A stretch of 63,746 bases of DNA, filler included, from Reticulomyxa filosa (taxonomy: Eukaryota > Protista > Foraminifera): the NCBI GenBank assembly GCA_000512085.1. It is 25 parts of 25 records of this genome, joined end to end, with 100 filler letters (N's around TTAATTAATTAA, not from the genome) between each part and the next. Parts side by side here need not be neighbours in the genome. Positions count along the whole stretch, not along the records: positions 26,017 to 27,850 come from ASPP01039041.1; positions 27,951 to 29,865 come from ASPP01039654.1; positions 29,966 to 31,811 come from ASPP01004371.1; positions 31,912 to 32,993 come from ASPP01027132.1; positions 33,094 to 34,144 come from ASPP01050093.1; positions 34,245 to 38,666 come from ASPP01002720.1; positions 38,767 to 40,272 come from ASPP01036298.1; 18 more parts are not named here. One strand, given 5' to 3'. A model generated the notes under the pieces. The model ran no database searches, was not told where the DNA came from, and saw only the letters and a program-made list of their open reading frames with translations. Both the position numbers and the translations under genes were made by a program. Shown one piece after another: positions 26,196 through 39,685 of the stretch (positions are counted from its first letter, which is position 1; each line of letters begins with the position of its first letter).

Positions 26196-26991
26196 CTCAT
26201 TTTTCTAATAAATAAATTTTTTAGTGAGTTGGTTCTTTTTGAGTGCGCTAAATGAACAATTTGCTTCCACTAATTTGTAACATTAAACATTCAATTTGTA
26301 ATTGTTTTTAAATTATTATCAAGAGTCTTGAATTTTGTGAAAATAAAAACTTTTTTGTAAGTTTAATTTATTTTTGATGATTTCTTGAATCTAACAAAAG
26401 GACTTGTTCTTTTGTAGATGCACAGCTCAATGATTTAAATTTGTTTGGGTTTATTGCAGTGTATCTACGTTAATTGTTTTGTCCAACAATATATTTTGCT
26501 TCTTTTGAATTGCACATAAACAGCAAAATAGAAGAAGTAATGCCAATGTTTTTGAATGACAAATGAGCATGTATCTTACTATCTTTGATAAAGAGATTAC
26601 CATCATTGCAAAAAGTTTTTTTGATAATGAAGGCATTTTCAGAAGTGGACAGCTCCTCGTTTATTTAAATAATTCAGTTTAAGGTAATAAATACAATGAA
26701 AATGAAAACAAAAATGTATAACAATACATTTTTGTGCATATTTATGTTTTATACAATTAAAAGGTAAAATTACTTGAGGAGAAGAAGCAAACTATTGTGC
26801 AGCTTTTGATGCCGTGTGGTTCAACAGTAATGAAAGCAATTTTAATTTCCAGTGCTTATTTCTTTATTTTAGCACTAAAGAGAAATCATATGACATAACA
26901 AAGTTTAATTCGCAGTTGTCAAGGCAGTTTAACAAACTCCCTTATGGATAAAAAAAGCTCAAAGTTTAAAGCCTACATCATCAGCGAAAAA

Positions 26992-27850
26992 ATGGGAAAT
27001 TCTGTCAACAAAAAAGATTCATTAACACAATCAGTGGTACATTTCGTTTCAAACAGTCCTTCAGAAAGATGTTGTCTTTTGAGATTTGATTGATTTTGAT
27101 TTCAGATAGATCTATCAGAAGAAGAAATCAAATTAATTATTAAATACTGGATTAGAATATTAAACATTAAATTAGGATGGATACAAGATTTTGACAGACT
27201 TGTCATCAAATTCGTTACGTTTATTTGCCTTTGTTTTATTTAATGACAAATATTTATTTGTCACCTTTATTCATGTTCACAATAAATACAGGCAGCTAAC
27301 CTTTTTATGTTTGATTTGTTCTGTTCATCATCCAAACTACTTAAGAATTTTATTGGACACACTGACACTGTGCGAAGCATTGATTATTCAACACTTAATG
27401 GCGATAAACTACTCTGTTCTGGATCAAATGATAAAACAGTTCGTGTATGGGATGTAGACACCAATCAACAAATTCAATCATTCAAAGGACATTTAAGTTA
27501 TATAATGTGTGTAAAATTTTCACCATATCACCACTATAATAATCGTCGCAGTGTTGTTTGCTCTGCGTCATTTGACAAAACCATTCGTTTTTGGGACATC
27601 AAACATAATCGACAATTGCGTGTATTTAACGAAGACACAAATTCGATTTGTTGTATTGAATTTTCACCATTTAATGGTGGTAGATATTTGTGTTCTGGAT
27701 CGCGTAGCAATACTATTCATTTATTTGATGTCAAAACATCCAAATTGTTACATATTTTTAATAGACATGAAGATATTGTTTGGTGTATTGATATTTCACC
27801 ATTGCAAAGCAATAGCAATAATAAGGATAATAAAAGTAATAATATTGGTG
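26992..27850 (+). CDS. WD40-repeat protein (lineage-expanded family), 5' part, tandem to the previous copy
   Basis: Start MGNSVNKK, exon EEEIKLIIKYWIRILNIKLGWIQDFD, then GH...WD repeats (LCSGSNDKTVRVWD, SASFDKTIRFWD). Confidence 0.88.
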
Positions 27851-27950
27851 NNNNNNNNNNNNNNNNNNNNNNNNNNNNNNNNNNNNNNNNNNNNTTAATT
27901 AATTAANNNNNNNNNNNNNNNNNNNNNNNNNNNNNNNNNNNNNNNNNNNN

Positions 27951-28883
27951 AACTTGCAAGACTCTTCAAATTCAAGTATTTTTCTCCATTCTATATCGAC
28001 AGATCAAAGCTTCCCCTTTGATAGTACATATACGAACACACAAATAAGATGCACAATACTGACTTGCTTTTGGAGTTCTTTGTTTTCGAGACTTCTTCTG
28101 TCAACAACATGCTTTGGCCTGTTTGTAAGTCAAACTTTTTTTTTTTTTGAATAAAAAATAAAAAAAATAAAATAAAAATATAACTTTTTCCTCGAATTGC
28201 TGCTTTTTTTTTTTTTAGCCCCTCTCCTTTTCCTATAACAAGTGCTCCTCCTCCTCTCATATTTTTTCCAATCGTTCAATTTCATTCATGAGCACTTCAT
28301 TCTATTGTAATAAACAAACAAACAAATGAATAAATGAATGAATGAATAAATGAAAATAAATAAATAAAGAACTTACCTTTTCTTGCAATTTGAGATAATC
28401 TTTGGAGACTTTATGAAAAGTCATTTTCCAACTGAGTTTGTTCTTTTTGGAGTGTGTCAATTGATTTATTTGTTTTTATTTCTTATTGTATACTGTAGTT
28501 CTTCTCTCTATGTCCATTTTTTTTTTTTTTTTTAATGAGACTTGTAATTCGTGTAGTTTAAGCTGTTTACAACATTGAAAATATTCTTGCTTCCAATGGG
28601 TGAGATCAACCAAGGAAGACGTCGATGTATGGAATGAGTTGGCATGCAAGTGAATCCATGGAAAAATGGTGTCTTGCAAGATTTGTAATTGCAATTTGAC
28701 AACACGACTGTTCCATCGCGCAATGGACTGTTGGAAGTCGTGTGAATGGAGGTCACAAACACTGTGGCCATCGTCCATTCGAAACAGGGGCACGACATTG
28801 TCTTCTTTCATTTGTGCAAACAGCATCTCCATTTCCTTCAATTTTTTCGAATAGTTGATCCTCTTTTCCATTGTCATGTTCAC
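27951..28883 (-). CDS. Hypothetical multi-exon protein with coiled coil, 3' truncated
   Basis: Exons ~28883-28541, ~28443-28378, ~28301-28220 and ~28130-28065 with GT-AG borders. No motif recognised. Confidence 0.45.
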
Positions 28884-29039
28884 AAAGGTGAATCCTCTTT
28901 TTCCAAAAAAAATATTATATTTTTGATCAGGCTCAGACTGTAAGAATTATTTCAATATAGGAAAAAAGTAAGGAAAAGAAAAAAAGTACAGTTTTAAATT
29001 AAAAAAGAAATGTGAAAAGTTGAGAGTGCAAAATGCAAT

Positions 29040-29620
29040 AGATAAAGTATTTCACTTGGAAGAGAGAAATCTGATAATGACAAGCCGACAAACCATCTAG
29101 TCTTCATTCCCATTGGGAATGCCATAGTAAAAATAAATGTGTCATCGATCTACCTGTCTTTATCATAGTACCAATTGATGGTTGTTGTTGCTTGATTTTT
29201 TCATCTGTTTTTATATGTTCAATTTTATTTTCATCTTTTTTTTTTTTTTTTTAAATTGATGACAAATTTTACCTAATGGCTTAGCTTCTGCGTGTAGCTT
29301 CTTTATTTCACGTTTAACTTTGGCACATTTACTGAACGTATGAAGTGTGTTAAGTGTACGGGCTATACTTTTTAATTTTTCTATATCTTTTTGTAAAGAG
29401 TTGAGTTGCTTTTGTTCAGATGTCTCAGGTTTTACTTTTTTTTTGAGATGAAAAATATTTCCTTTGTTGCTTGTTTTGTACAAAGACATTTTCTCATAAA
29501 CTTTTAGGAAAGTAAAGCATTTCAATACAATATTTTCTACCAACCCCTTTACGCGTGTCAATAAACGACAGTAAAAAGAGTATTATCAACCACACTGAAA
29601 AAAATGATTCAAATGATATG
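29040..29620 (-). CDS. GET1/WRB-like tail-anchored protein insertase subunit (possibly disrupted)
   Basis: Hydrophobic N-terminus, then QLNSLQKDIEKLK...TFSKCAKVKREIKKL resembling the GET1/WRB coiled coil (FAKxAKLxRxIxKL). Flanking exons show frame breaks. Confidence 0.5.
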
Positions 29621-31062
29621 ATTAAAATTTTTTTTAGTTGTCATACTTAAAGGTTGGACACTTTTTTAAGCGTTGACAAGTTCAAATTTTTTGCTAAACT
29701 ATTATTATAGTGTTTAGTAATTGTTAACGCATTAGAGAATAGGATAACATTTCAAAACACTTTAAAGAAACACTCACCAAGCACCTCACAAAAAAAAAAA
29801 AAATCTTTTCCCTCCTTGTACTCGACATCTGAGATGTTCCAATCAGGAAAGTTTTATGGATCTGANNNNNNNNNNNNNNNNNNNNNNNNNNNNNNNNNNN
29901 NNNNNNNNNTTAATTAATTAANNNNNNNNNNNNNNNNNNNNNNNNNNNNNNNNNNNNNNNNNNNNATCTCATCTTTTTTTTTTTCAATAATTTTAAGTTG
30001 CTGTTTTTTTGAGGTAAAATACTCTTTTTAAAAATTGCGATAATCTTGTTATATGTTTGGGCTAATTGTGCCATTGTAAACAAACTAACACAATGTCAGC
30101 CTTATAATTCATTTCCTTTTTCAAACCTTATCAAAACAAATCAGTCTGACAAAACAACTATTGAAGATATTGAGAAATATAATTGAATGAATAAAAATAT
30201 TGCAGAAATTTATGAAATATTTTCAAATTTCCTAAAGATGGTTATCTGTTTGATTCAATCGCATTTTTTAGTACAAACAAACAAGAAGGAAAACAATACA
30301 ACAAATTCCAATTAGAAGAGAGGTTGCAGATTTATTGTCTTTCTTTTCATTCACATTCGCTGAAATAGAGGGTGGTTGAGTTTTGCACTGCTTCCGTTTT
30401 TTGAAAGCTTTGTAAATCACATTGATGGATTTACTGTCGCTGGGAGACTTCATTCTTCTGGTTAATGATGACTTTTCATGCTCTGACTCAGTTTCTTTTT
30501 CTTCTTGGCCTTATTCCCCCTTGTTCAACATTCACCCCGAAAAAAATTTTGTTTTAAGAATATGGAGAATACGTAGTTTTAATAACTTTGAAGTTAAAAA
30601 GTAAACAAATGTTCATGAAAAGGAATGAATTCTTTTGAAACACTAACCCTAAGAACGATCTTTTACTTGAGCACAATACAAATAGAAAGTTGTCCCATAC
30701 CTTCAAATTCGATTCAAAAATGTGGAATGTTGTTCAAGTCAAAAAATATGAAACAAAAAATGACCAAAAAAAAAATTGAAATTAACAATGGAAACACTCA
30801 CAAATCACAACAAAAAAAAAAAGATTGAACCAGTTTCATCGTCTCTTTATCATTCATTATTGCTAGTCAATACTTGGAAGAAAGGAAGAGGAAACAGTCA
30901 ATAAACAAGAATGTGAACATGTGCAATATTTTATTGTTCAACAACTCTGACTTGAATCTGCATTATTGAACAATAAAATAACAGTTGAGACTTGCAGCGT
31001 ATGAGAATGAAACAAAAGGCTTTGTGTAGAGAGCATAGTAAGGAAAATAGTAGAGTTGGAGG

Positions 31063-31661
31063 TTATGATTCGTCATCGTCATAAAAAGCACTGGCAATTT
31101 GACAGATGAGCTCTTGTTGCAAAAATAGAACCTGAGCTAAATCGTACAATTCAAAGTCAAATTTTTGATATTTGCGTATAAAACGTTCTGTTTCTTTGGA
31201 ATAGTTACTGCTGTATTGAACGATAGGTTTATATATATTGGAGGAATGTGAGATTTTTTTATGTCGAAGTTTGACGGTCATTCGATTTCTAGCCCTTCTC
31301 ACACGTGAGAGAAAATAGACCTTTTTTGAGCTTTGAGCATTGGATACATACATTCTGGCTCTTCCCAATCCCCACACACATTTCAAATGTTCCAACGATT
31401 GTCGGTACTGTTCCACGATCCCAACCCAGCCAAACGACAGCAAATTTTCTCTGGCTATGTGATAGTACGTATCATTTAGCATGAACGGGACAATATTCTC
31501 TTTCCAAAGTTTTAGTTTGATCTTATGTGTGTCTGAGGCGTTCCATTCCGGCATCTGTTCCAAATCGGATAATTTCCACCACGGCCATTGACGTAGCCCA
31601 TGTCTCTCTCTCAAGTAATCCTTGTTGTAGTATCCGTCATGCCATGCCCCGGACAACATAC
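31063..31661 (-). CDS. C-terminal exon of a Golgi-type sulfotransferase (HS6ST/Gal3ST-like)
   Basis: ARENLLSFGWVGIVEQYRQSL and FIRKYQKFDFELYDLAQVLF match the AxxNLxxFxxVGxxE and DxxLYxxAxxxF motifs. Confidence 0.7.
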
Positions 31662-31662
31662 C

Positions 31663-31699
<37 letters not shown>

Positions 31700-33095
31700 G
31701 TATATATATATGTGTACATATATAATTAAAACTTATTATTATTATTTTTTTTTTTTTAATGCTCAAATGGATATACGTATAAACATTTACAGTAATGAAA
31801 AAAGGAGATTANNNNNNNNNNNNNNNNNNNNNNNNNNNNNNNNNNNNNNNNNNNNTTAATTAATTAANNNNNNNNNNNNNNNNNNNNNNNNNNNNNNNNN
31901 NNNNNNNNNNNCTACTTCCTCTTTTTCTTTCTAGTCTTTTGTTCCTTTCTCTTGTACGTATTCTTCACAACAAAAAGATACTACCCGAGATCTTTTTTGC
32001 CAGGAATAGTGGCAAGAATTAATTCCTATTTTGTACAATCGACGCTTACGCGTGGCTCTTTTAGCACTATTCTTTTTTTCTTGCCACTAAATCTAAGCAA
32101 TATTAAGAGTCTATTGCATATCATCGCAATTAATTCAATTATCAGTTTTTTCAAAGACACAAGTGAAAATGAAAATATGCAGATATTCGATTTGAACTTT
32201 TTTTTAGATTTAAGATATTAATTCAGAAATTTTTTATAACGAATATGATTTGATGCGAAAGAATTATGTGATCTGGAGACATTGATGTTATTTTTAAAAA
32301 AAAAATCAAAAGGAATTACAATTGGACAAACAAACAATATTTGATGCAAGTATCAATACTTGCAATCGGATATACCAAAACTTGGTATTATTTGACTTCA
32401 CCCTTACTTGCTGCACTGCAACTACCACTTTCCAATGTTCGATGGGCATATGTAGTGTTCGTTGAAACCTATGTTGTATACGTGTGTATCCATCATATAT
32501 ATTTTAAGTTTTTTCCAATCACATTACAAAAAAATATTATAACTTGAAATACAGGTTGCACAGCTCACCCTTTCAATCATTCATGATCCATTACACGGTA
32601 TGGACCTTTACTTTTTTTTTTCCCAAATTATACGTTATTCAAAGAATAACACAATGATCCATAACCAATGCACCGTTGCTATTAGCATAACCATTTTTGC
32701 TGGGGATTCACTTCAGCACCAATGACAATATTAACAGCAACTTGCTCACTTCCATTTGCACGTCTTTAAAGATCTATTCAAAAAGTTCAAGCAACACATA
32801 CCACACATATAAATAAAAATAAATATACGTTATAACGATGTTTTATGTTAAATATGTACACATAAAACAAAAACTTTTTTAGGCAATGGATCCAATCACG
32901 AATTATAGCGTCAGGTAACGGAAAGAGACAGGCGCACAAATGAACAACGAAATATCTTGAAGTCTTGTGTTGGAATGCGCGCGCTGGTTTCAANNNNNNN
33001 NNNNNNNNNNNNNNNNNNNNNNNNNNNNNNNNNNNNNTTAATTAATTAANNNNNNNNNNNNNNNNNNNNNNNNNNNNNNNNNNNNNNNNNNNNCT

Positions 33096-34070
33096 TTGTT
33101 TTCCTTTGTTTTTATTTTCACTTATTCCTATTATTCATCATTTAAAACGCAGGCTAAATATTTCAAATTGTTACAAGTTCTTGAAGGGCATAGTAGGGCA
33201 ATAAGAAGTTTACAATTTTCACCTGACGGTCGAAATATTGTTTCAGCTTCAGAAGATGGAACAATTCGAGTATGGAATGTTGCATCCGGAAAACTAATTC
33301 AAAATTGTATAGGACACACCAGTTATGTTTGTGGTGCAAAATTTTCACCAGATGGGAGGACTATTATTTCGTGTTCATACGACAAGACAATTCGATTATG
33401 GAATGTAGAATCAGGAAAAGAGTTAATGAAATTGGAAGGATGTTTGTGTTTGGTATTTAATGTAAGTTTTTCTCCAGATGGCAAAAATATTGTGTCAGGT
33501 TCATCTGACAACATCATACGGATATGGAGCGTGGATTCTGGAAAACCTGTCCAAACATTAGCAGGCCATTCAAGTGGAATATTGGATGTGCACTTTTCAT
33601 CAGATGGCCAAATGATTGTATCAACATCCACAGACAATACAGTTTGTATATGAAATGTAAAATCAGGTGAAAGATTGAAAGAATTGAAAGGGCATTTAGG
33701 CTCTATACAATGTGCAATATTTTCTCCAAATGATCAATTTGTTGTTTCATGTTCATGGGATAAAACAATTCGAATATGGAATGTGGAATCAGGAAAACAA
33801 GTAGGAATATTGGATGGACACTCCGGTGTTATGAATGCTGTAAAATATTTTTCAGATGGCCACACGATTGTGTCAGCTTCGGCTGATAAGACAATTCGAC
33901 TATGGGATATAAAATCAATGAGTGTAATACAAGAATTAGAAGGTCATACCTCATATGCGTATTGTGTGGATGTTTCACCTGACGGAAGTACAATTGCAGC
34001 AGGTTTCGTTAATAAGACCATATGTATTTGGGGGATAATGACATTTCACAATTTTTTATTATTTCATTAA
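33096..34070 (+). pseudogene. 7-bladed WD40 propeller with one premature stop
   Basis: Seven GH/FSPDG/WD-type repeats in one frame. TGA at 33651-33653 replaces the Trp of a WN motif and the frame continues. Confidence 0.85.
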
Positions 34071-34244
34071 AGTTGATATTGTAACTATTTTTATTTTTAT
34101 TTTTGCTTTTTGAACAATATCTTTTAGAGTGGTTTTTTTTTTTTNNNNNNNNNNNNNNNNNNNNNNNNNNNNNNNNNNNNNNNNNNNNTTAATTAATTAA
34201 NNNNNNNNNNNNNNNNNNNNNNNNNNNNNNNNNNNNNNNNNNNN

Positions 34245-34841
34245 CAAAACCTCCTTTGTCGGCAGAATAACGCTGCAATACGTACTTCACATCAATGTCG
34301 TGGAGCAGCTCCGAACATGCGCTCGAAAAACATTGAAACGGGTATTTGTTTATATTTTTTAAGTCGGTCTCCAAATACTTACACAAACACTCGCAACATA
34401 CAATGTGCTCGCAATTCAGCAGTTTTATCATGTCCACCTCGTTCACAAAACATATTGGACATGTGTGATCACTACACTTTTCCAAAATCGTCACTGTTAG
34501 TGGATTCTCTTTCTCTTCTTCTTTTTTACTTGCTCCCTTTGATCTCCTGTGTTTCTTTCTATTGCCTCGTTCAATTTGCCCATGTCCACTTCCTCGTCGC
34601 TTCCAATGTCCAACGCCATATTTGGATCGACTTCAAACTTTTGCTCTGACTTTTGCTCGGACTTTTGCTCAATACTTTGCTCCACTACCTCGTTTTCTAT
34701 TTGCTCATTCAGCAAGTCTCCTAGCATCTGGTAAAACAATACTTGCCTCCATTCATCATCTAGTATAGCTCTAATGTCAGCTAATTCATCATTTTCATGT
34801 AACAATCCTCCAAAATCCTCATTTTCGAATGTTTCAGACAT
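34245..34841 (-). CDS. RBR/Ariadne-like E3 ligase, 5' part (acidic N-terminus + RING1)
   Basis: CPIC...CEHIVCCECLCKYL...CFSSAC. One missing A in the run at 34522-34527 joins the two ORFs. Confidence 0.7.
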
Positions 34842-35929
34842 TTTGTTGATTGACAGTATCTCGCCTTAAAAAAAGAAGGTATCACAAAGTGTGAAAACCA
34901 CGACATAAAACTGCATTGCTTTTTAAAATTGGTCATCAATTACAGCTACTTAACTAATCACATATTTTATCTTTAAAGATGATTTTTTTTTTTGGATTTC
35001 CAATATATAATGTCTTTACTTTTACTATCAAATAATATAATTCTTTAATATCTATAATCAACACAATTTTATTTGAATAGCAGTCTTTTTTTATGACAGC
35101 CTTACAACTGATAATTCTGTAATTACAAGTCAATCGTAATATGCAATCAATATTAATATAACTATTGTTGTTCGTTCTTTTTTACTACTCTATCCATTCC
35201 ACGCCATTTTTATTCTAATTTTCATCATTCACTTAATCATTCACTCACTCTTATTTTTAAGTATGCTGTTTTTATTCAATATGCAACACATCACATACAA
35301 TGATGAAATTGAAAAGTATCACTTGTCACTAAATATTTCCTTCATTTTCGTGTATTGATTATGTTTTTCTTTATTTTCAATTGCCAACGAATATAATACA
35401 GTAGTTTGCAAAAAAATAGGACACCTAAAATACTACTTTGTTAAGATTTTTTGGGTTTATTTTATTAAATTTTACATTATAAAATTTTTTTTTACCAATA
35501 TTGAATATCTTCAATTTCATTGTTTGATAAAGAGATTGTGATGACACACTAATACAATTAAATTGAAGTAGATTTGTCTGAGAAAATTCAAAGGGAATAG
35601 TCGAAAACGTAGTACACAAACTAATCTTTTACTATGAAAAAAAACTGACACTTAATAGTTATCTTTTGAAGAGTTTTTTTGAGTGAAATTATACAGAAAA
35701 AGTGTAATGAATTGAAAAAGAATAAGACTTTACGCAAATTCTTTCAATTGAAATATAATGTCAAAGTAGGGTATCTTCAATTTGCACACAATACTATTCA
35801 CCATCATTAGTTTCTCGGATATCTTGCTGAGCAACTTTCATCATTTAATACAATGAATAAGTAATTCTACATTGACGTAATTATTTTTTTCATGCACACA
35901 CTAAAAAACGAATAATTGGTAAATTTGTA

Positions 35930-37130
35930 TCATTTTGCTTTTACTTTTAAAGTATTTGCTCGGGCTTGCTATTGCCGTATCCAAACGAGGAGGAATGAGT
36001 ACTAGCGCCATACGATGTTTTTTGGAGTAGATGCTGTTTCTTCTTTGCATGGAAAGACACTTGGCCGATTTCTCGTAATCTTTTATCGTCCCATCTTTCG
36101 TACCAGGGAATTAAATGAACATCCACCTTTGCAGCGTTTGGTGTTCCTTTTTCCCAATATAGTGAATATATCCATCATACAACTTGTCTTGAGTATCCTT
36201 TGTCACTAAATTAATACGTATATACTAATTTATCTATTATTTCAACCAAATAAAAAACAAAGCAAAGAGAAATAAACTGGCTTTCAAACATACCTTAATA
36301 TCCAAGATATCTCCCAGTTGCAAGTTCTTCCACTTGTCTGGGTCATTCACCAATGACCACAAGAACTCTTGCTTTTCGCTATCATCACTTTTTTTTTTCG
36401 ACCAAAATGATGACGTTTTTGGATAGCACAACTCGTACAAACTGTAGTTTAATCGGTTATCCGGAATTTCGATGTACAATATTGGATCTTCACCATTCAA
36501 ATCTTTCAAAGATCGCATTTCTAGTGGCTTCTCAATCAAATAGATTCGTTTGGTATATCCAAATTGCACACATGCATGAATAATCGATATTGTGTTATCT
36601 TCAACACACAATACAATGTCAAAAGCTTTGCTGCGGAAACACATGTACAGTCCACTTGCTGTCGTAGTAGATTTCGTTTGAATTTACATAAGCAAACCGC
36701 AAAATATTTGCATTTGTATTTTTATCTAAGCATTTTATAATCATTATCATTAAAATTCATCCAGAACTTCAAATCTTTTAAAAATTTTTTTTTTAATATA
36801 CGTATAAAAACGTTTTCGTTTGCACGCGCCCAAAAAAAAAAAGAAAAAAAACTTGAAATCAGTCTTCGAATGCATTGTATGTTTTTTTTTATCTGTTGTT
36901 GCTCAAGCAACTGACTGGTTCCTCGGAATTCGACCGATATGTCAGTACTACAACTTGTTTGTAACGACAAAATCTTAATCTTTGTCGATTCTGCATTTGC
37001 ATGATTCGATAGCATCAACGTAAACTTCCAGCCAAAGGTACAATTCCCAACAAATTTTCTTTCGCAACGTCCAGCATCTTATGTAACTTGTTTAGTCGCA
37101 GTACATTGTGCTGGATACATACAAACCATC
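35930..37130 (-). pseudogene. Disrupted gene with a Tudor-knot/Agenet-like barrel
   Basis: WKNLQLGDILDIK|DTQDKLYDGYI, then a frameshift to VDVHLIPWYERWDD (cf. VHYxGWxxKWDE). Upstream exons have stops. Confidence 0.4.
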
Positions 37131-38229
37131 AAGAGGGTTTCGTTATTACTTTTTTTTCAAATCGTACTTGATGTTAGTACTTATTTCTAACTGTGTCAAA
37201 GAAATAACGTCCAAATATTACTTCATGTTCGAAATCATGAATTGATAACGTATTGATATCCTTTGATTTATGCAAAGAGATCTAAAAATTTACGACAAAC
37301 TCAGTATCCATCATTACACAAAGGGGGCTATTCATATATCAAAAATATTTAGGTGAACGAACACTTCAATTTTTGCAATAACTAAGTAAAAAAATATCGA
37401 TTAGCTGAATTACAAAAAAATTGTAGAAGTGGTTTATTTGACTTTAAATTGTATTTATGACAACTTTTAATTGTTTTTAATTTTTTCAACAGTTGTTCCA
37501 AAGAGCTAAAAAAAAAACGAACATGATGAAATGAAAAATCTTTTCAAAGATGTGTAGTTCACAATATTTGACCCATAAATCATCAGTATAACAATGCTTC
37601 TAGAATTATTTTTATCATAAATAATTTTTTTTTGAACTTTGTGCTAAGTAAGAAAGTCTTCTAAGATAAGTTTTTGATAAAAGAAAGAAACGATGAACTC
37701 TTTACTACAAAGTTCAGAGAAACATAATCATTTTACATATACAAGCAAGTATTCGTCGAATAAACAAATTATGAAATATAACAGATTGGTTGTATTTTCT
37801 TCAGACACTGTCTTATTTAAAAAGGTAAGAACAAGATATCAAATTATGGTTCAGGCAATAGTCATATTTGTGTTTGGGGACAGTGTTGTTTTTCTAACAA
37901 AAAAAATTTTGGCGTAAATATTAAGTATGTCTTTTTTAGTTGGTCCTTGGCGTGAGTGCAAAACTTAAAAAAAAGAGTAGCTTGTGTTCGACTTTATTAA
38001 CAATACAAAGAATTATTATCTCAAGCAGATATATTATCTATGATTGATAGTTGAAAATATTTATCATACAAACAAATGTATCTTGGTTCAGACGCTTGTG
38101 GGGTGTCTACTGTAGAGAGCTACACTAAATGTAATACGAAAAGGTTTTACTCAAATTGAGAGTGGCTTTCAGTAAAACAAGGTAACCAAAATGAATAACT
38201 CAATAAGTAAGAAGAAAGACAAAAACAAG

Positions 38230-38666
38230 AAGTGAAGAAAGTTTGGTGGAGAAGTTTAACCCAACGGGAGCTCCTCAGTTCCAATTTCTTTCTATTGTTT
38301 TAACGAGAATACAAAATGAAACTTGTTGCAACAGAGAAATCCAGTTACGAAGGATTATGAATATCCCATTCAAGACTGTTCAATAGATATAAAGGAAAAG
38401 AGAGTTATACATTTTTTACTACTAAGACAAAAGCTATTTTCCATATTTGTAAATTCATCAATATGCTACGTTTACCAAGCATAGACTTAGAACAAATATT
38501 TGTAGGTATGGAAAAACTTCTGCAACATTTCGGATTCAGAAAAGGGAATGATGATAATTGGTATTATCAATATGATGAAATTCAATTGTTACATTTGTGG
38601 AAATGCTATCAATCAGTGATCGATAATCAAATTATGTATTATGTTTTTTTTGTTATTTTAATAAAA
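38230..38666 (+). pseudogene. Lineage-specific PUB-like family fragment
   Basis: MEKLLQHFGFRKGNDDNWYY resembles the LxxxGF end of PUB domains; upstream is frameshifted. Confidence 0.35.
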
Positions 38667-39685
38667 NNNNNNNNNNNNNNNNNNNNNNNNNNNNNNNNNN
38701 NNNNNNNNNNTTAATTAATTAANNNNNNNNNNNNNNNNNNNNNNNNNNNNNNNNNNNNNNNNNNNNTACACTTTTAAAAAGACTTAATGCCATTCCTTTT
38801 TTTTAACATAACTTTCGTGAGAAATATCTTGTTTTTGCTATTGGAAACAAGATAAAGAAGAAGAAAAATCTCATGAACATATGCATACACAAGTCCTTTT
38901 CTAAGCATCTTCAGCCTTCACGTATATATGTATATATTTTATCAAAAGCTAACTATAAATTATAAACTGTATTGAAAAGAAGATCGCCTTTTAGGCTTTC
39001 CATGATTTGTTTCAGTTAACTTTCCTCATTACAACTTATAAGACAAACTGATTCCATATTTGATAAAAAAAAAGGTCAGATATTATGGACTATTTGTCGC
39101 TCTATGGTGGTAGACAGAAGCAAAAGATATATGTGCAAGGGATGGACAGATTTGATGAAATTGCAAATAAATTGAATTCAAAATTGATTGCATATGATTT
39201 ACTTCAAATTGCTCCAATATTTAATATGTTTGATTGTTTGCATGAGAAGGACTTGAGTATATAGAGATAATGATATCGTTGAAGATGAAGATTTTTATTG
39301 CTCATCTGCAAGGTTAATTGCGACAATTTCAATGAAATTGAATAAAAGTCAATTTTGCAAACTTTTTCAAAATCAGTTTATTAAAAATTAATGTATTAAC
39401 AAAAAAAATGCTTAAAAATGATAAAATAACATCAATACCATATTTAAAGATAGCATGAATACTAACCCACACGAAAACGAAAGTGAGTGTATGTGATGCT
39501 TCACAGTTGGTAATGATTTGTTTATTTATAATTTATTTTGACCAAACACAAATAAATTATATTGAATGTGATGAATAGTCAAAAAAGAAATAAGATATGT
39601 TATTGAACATTGGGTTCGAATTTTAAAGATAAAATTAGGATGGCAAAAAAATCTCAAAATAACAATTTTTCATATGAAAAAAAAC

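Noticed and set aside
31912-32993. Possible spliced gene on the minus strand
   Set aside because: Exon-like blocks contain stops and no recognisable domain; left unannotated.
33651-33653. TGA reassigned to Trp (alternative genetic code)
   Set aside because: Conserved genes use TGG for Trp and DLST ends in TGA. The in-frame TGA in the GTPase P-loop replaces Gly, not Trp.
39070-39170. NACHT Walker-B remnant (MDRFDEI)
   Set aside because: Too short, with no Walker A or supporting context.
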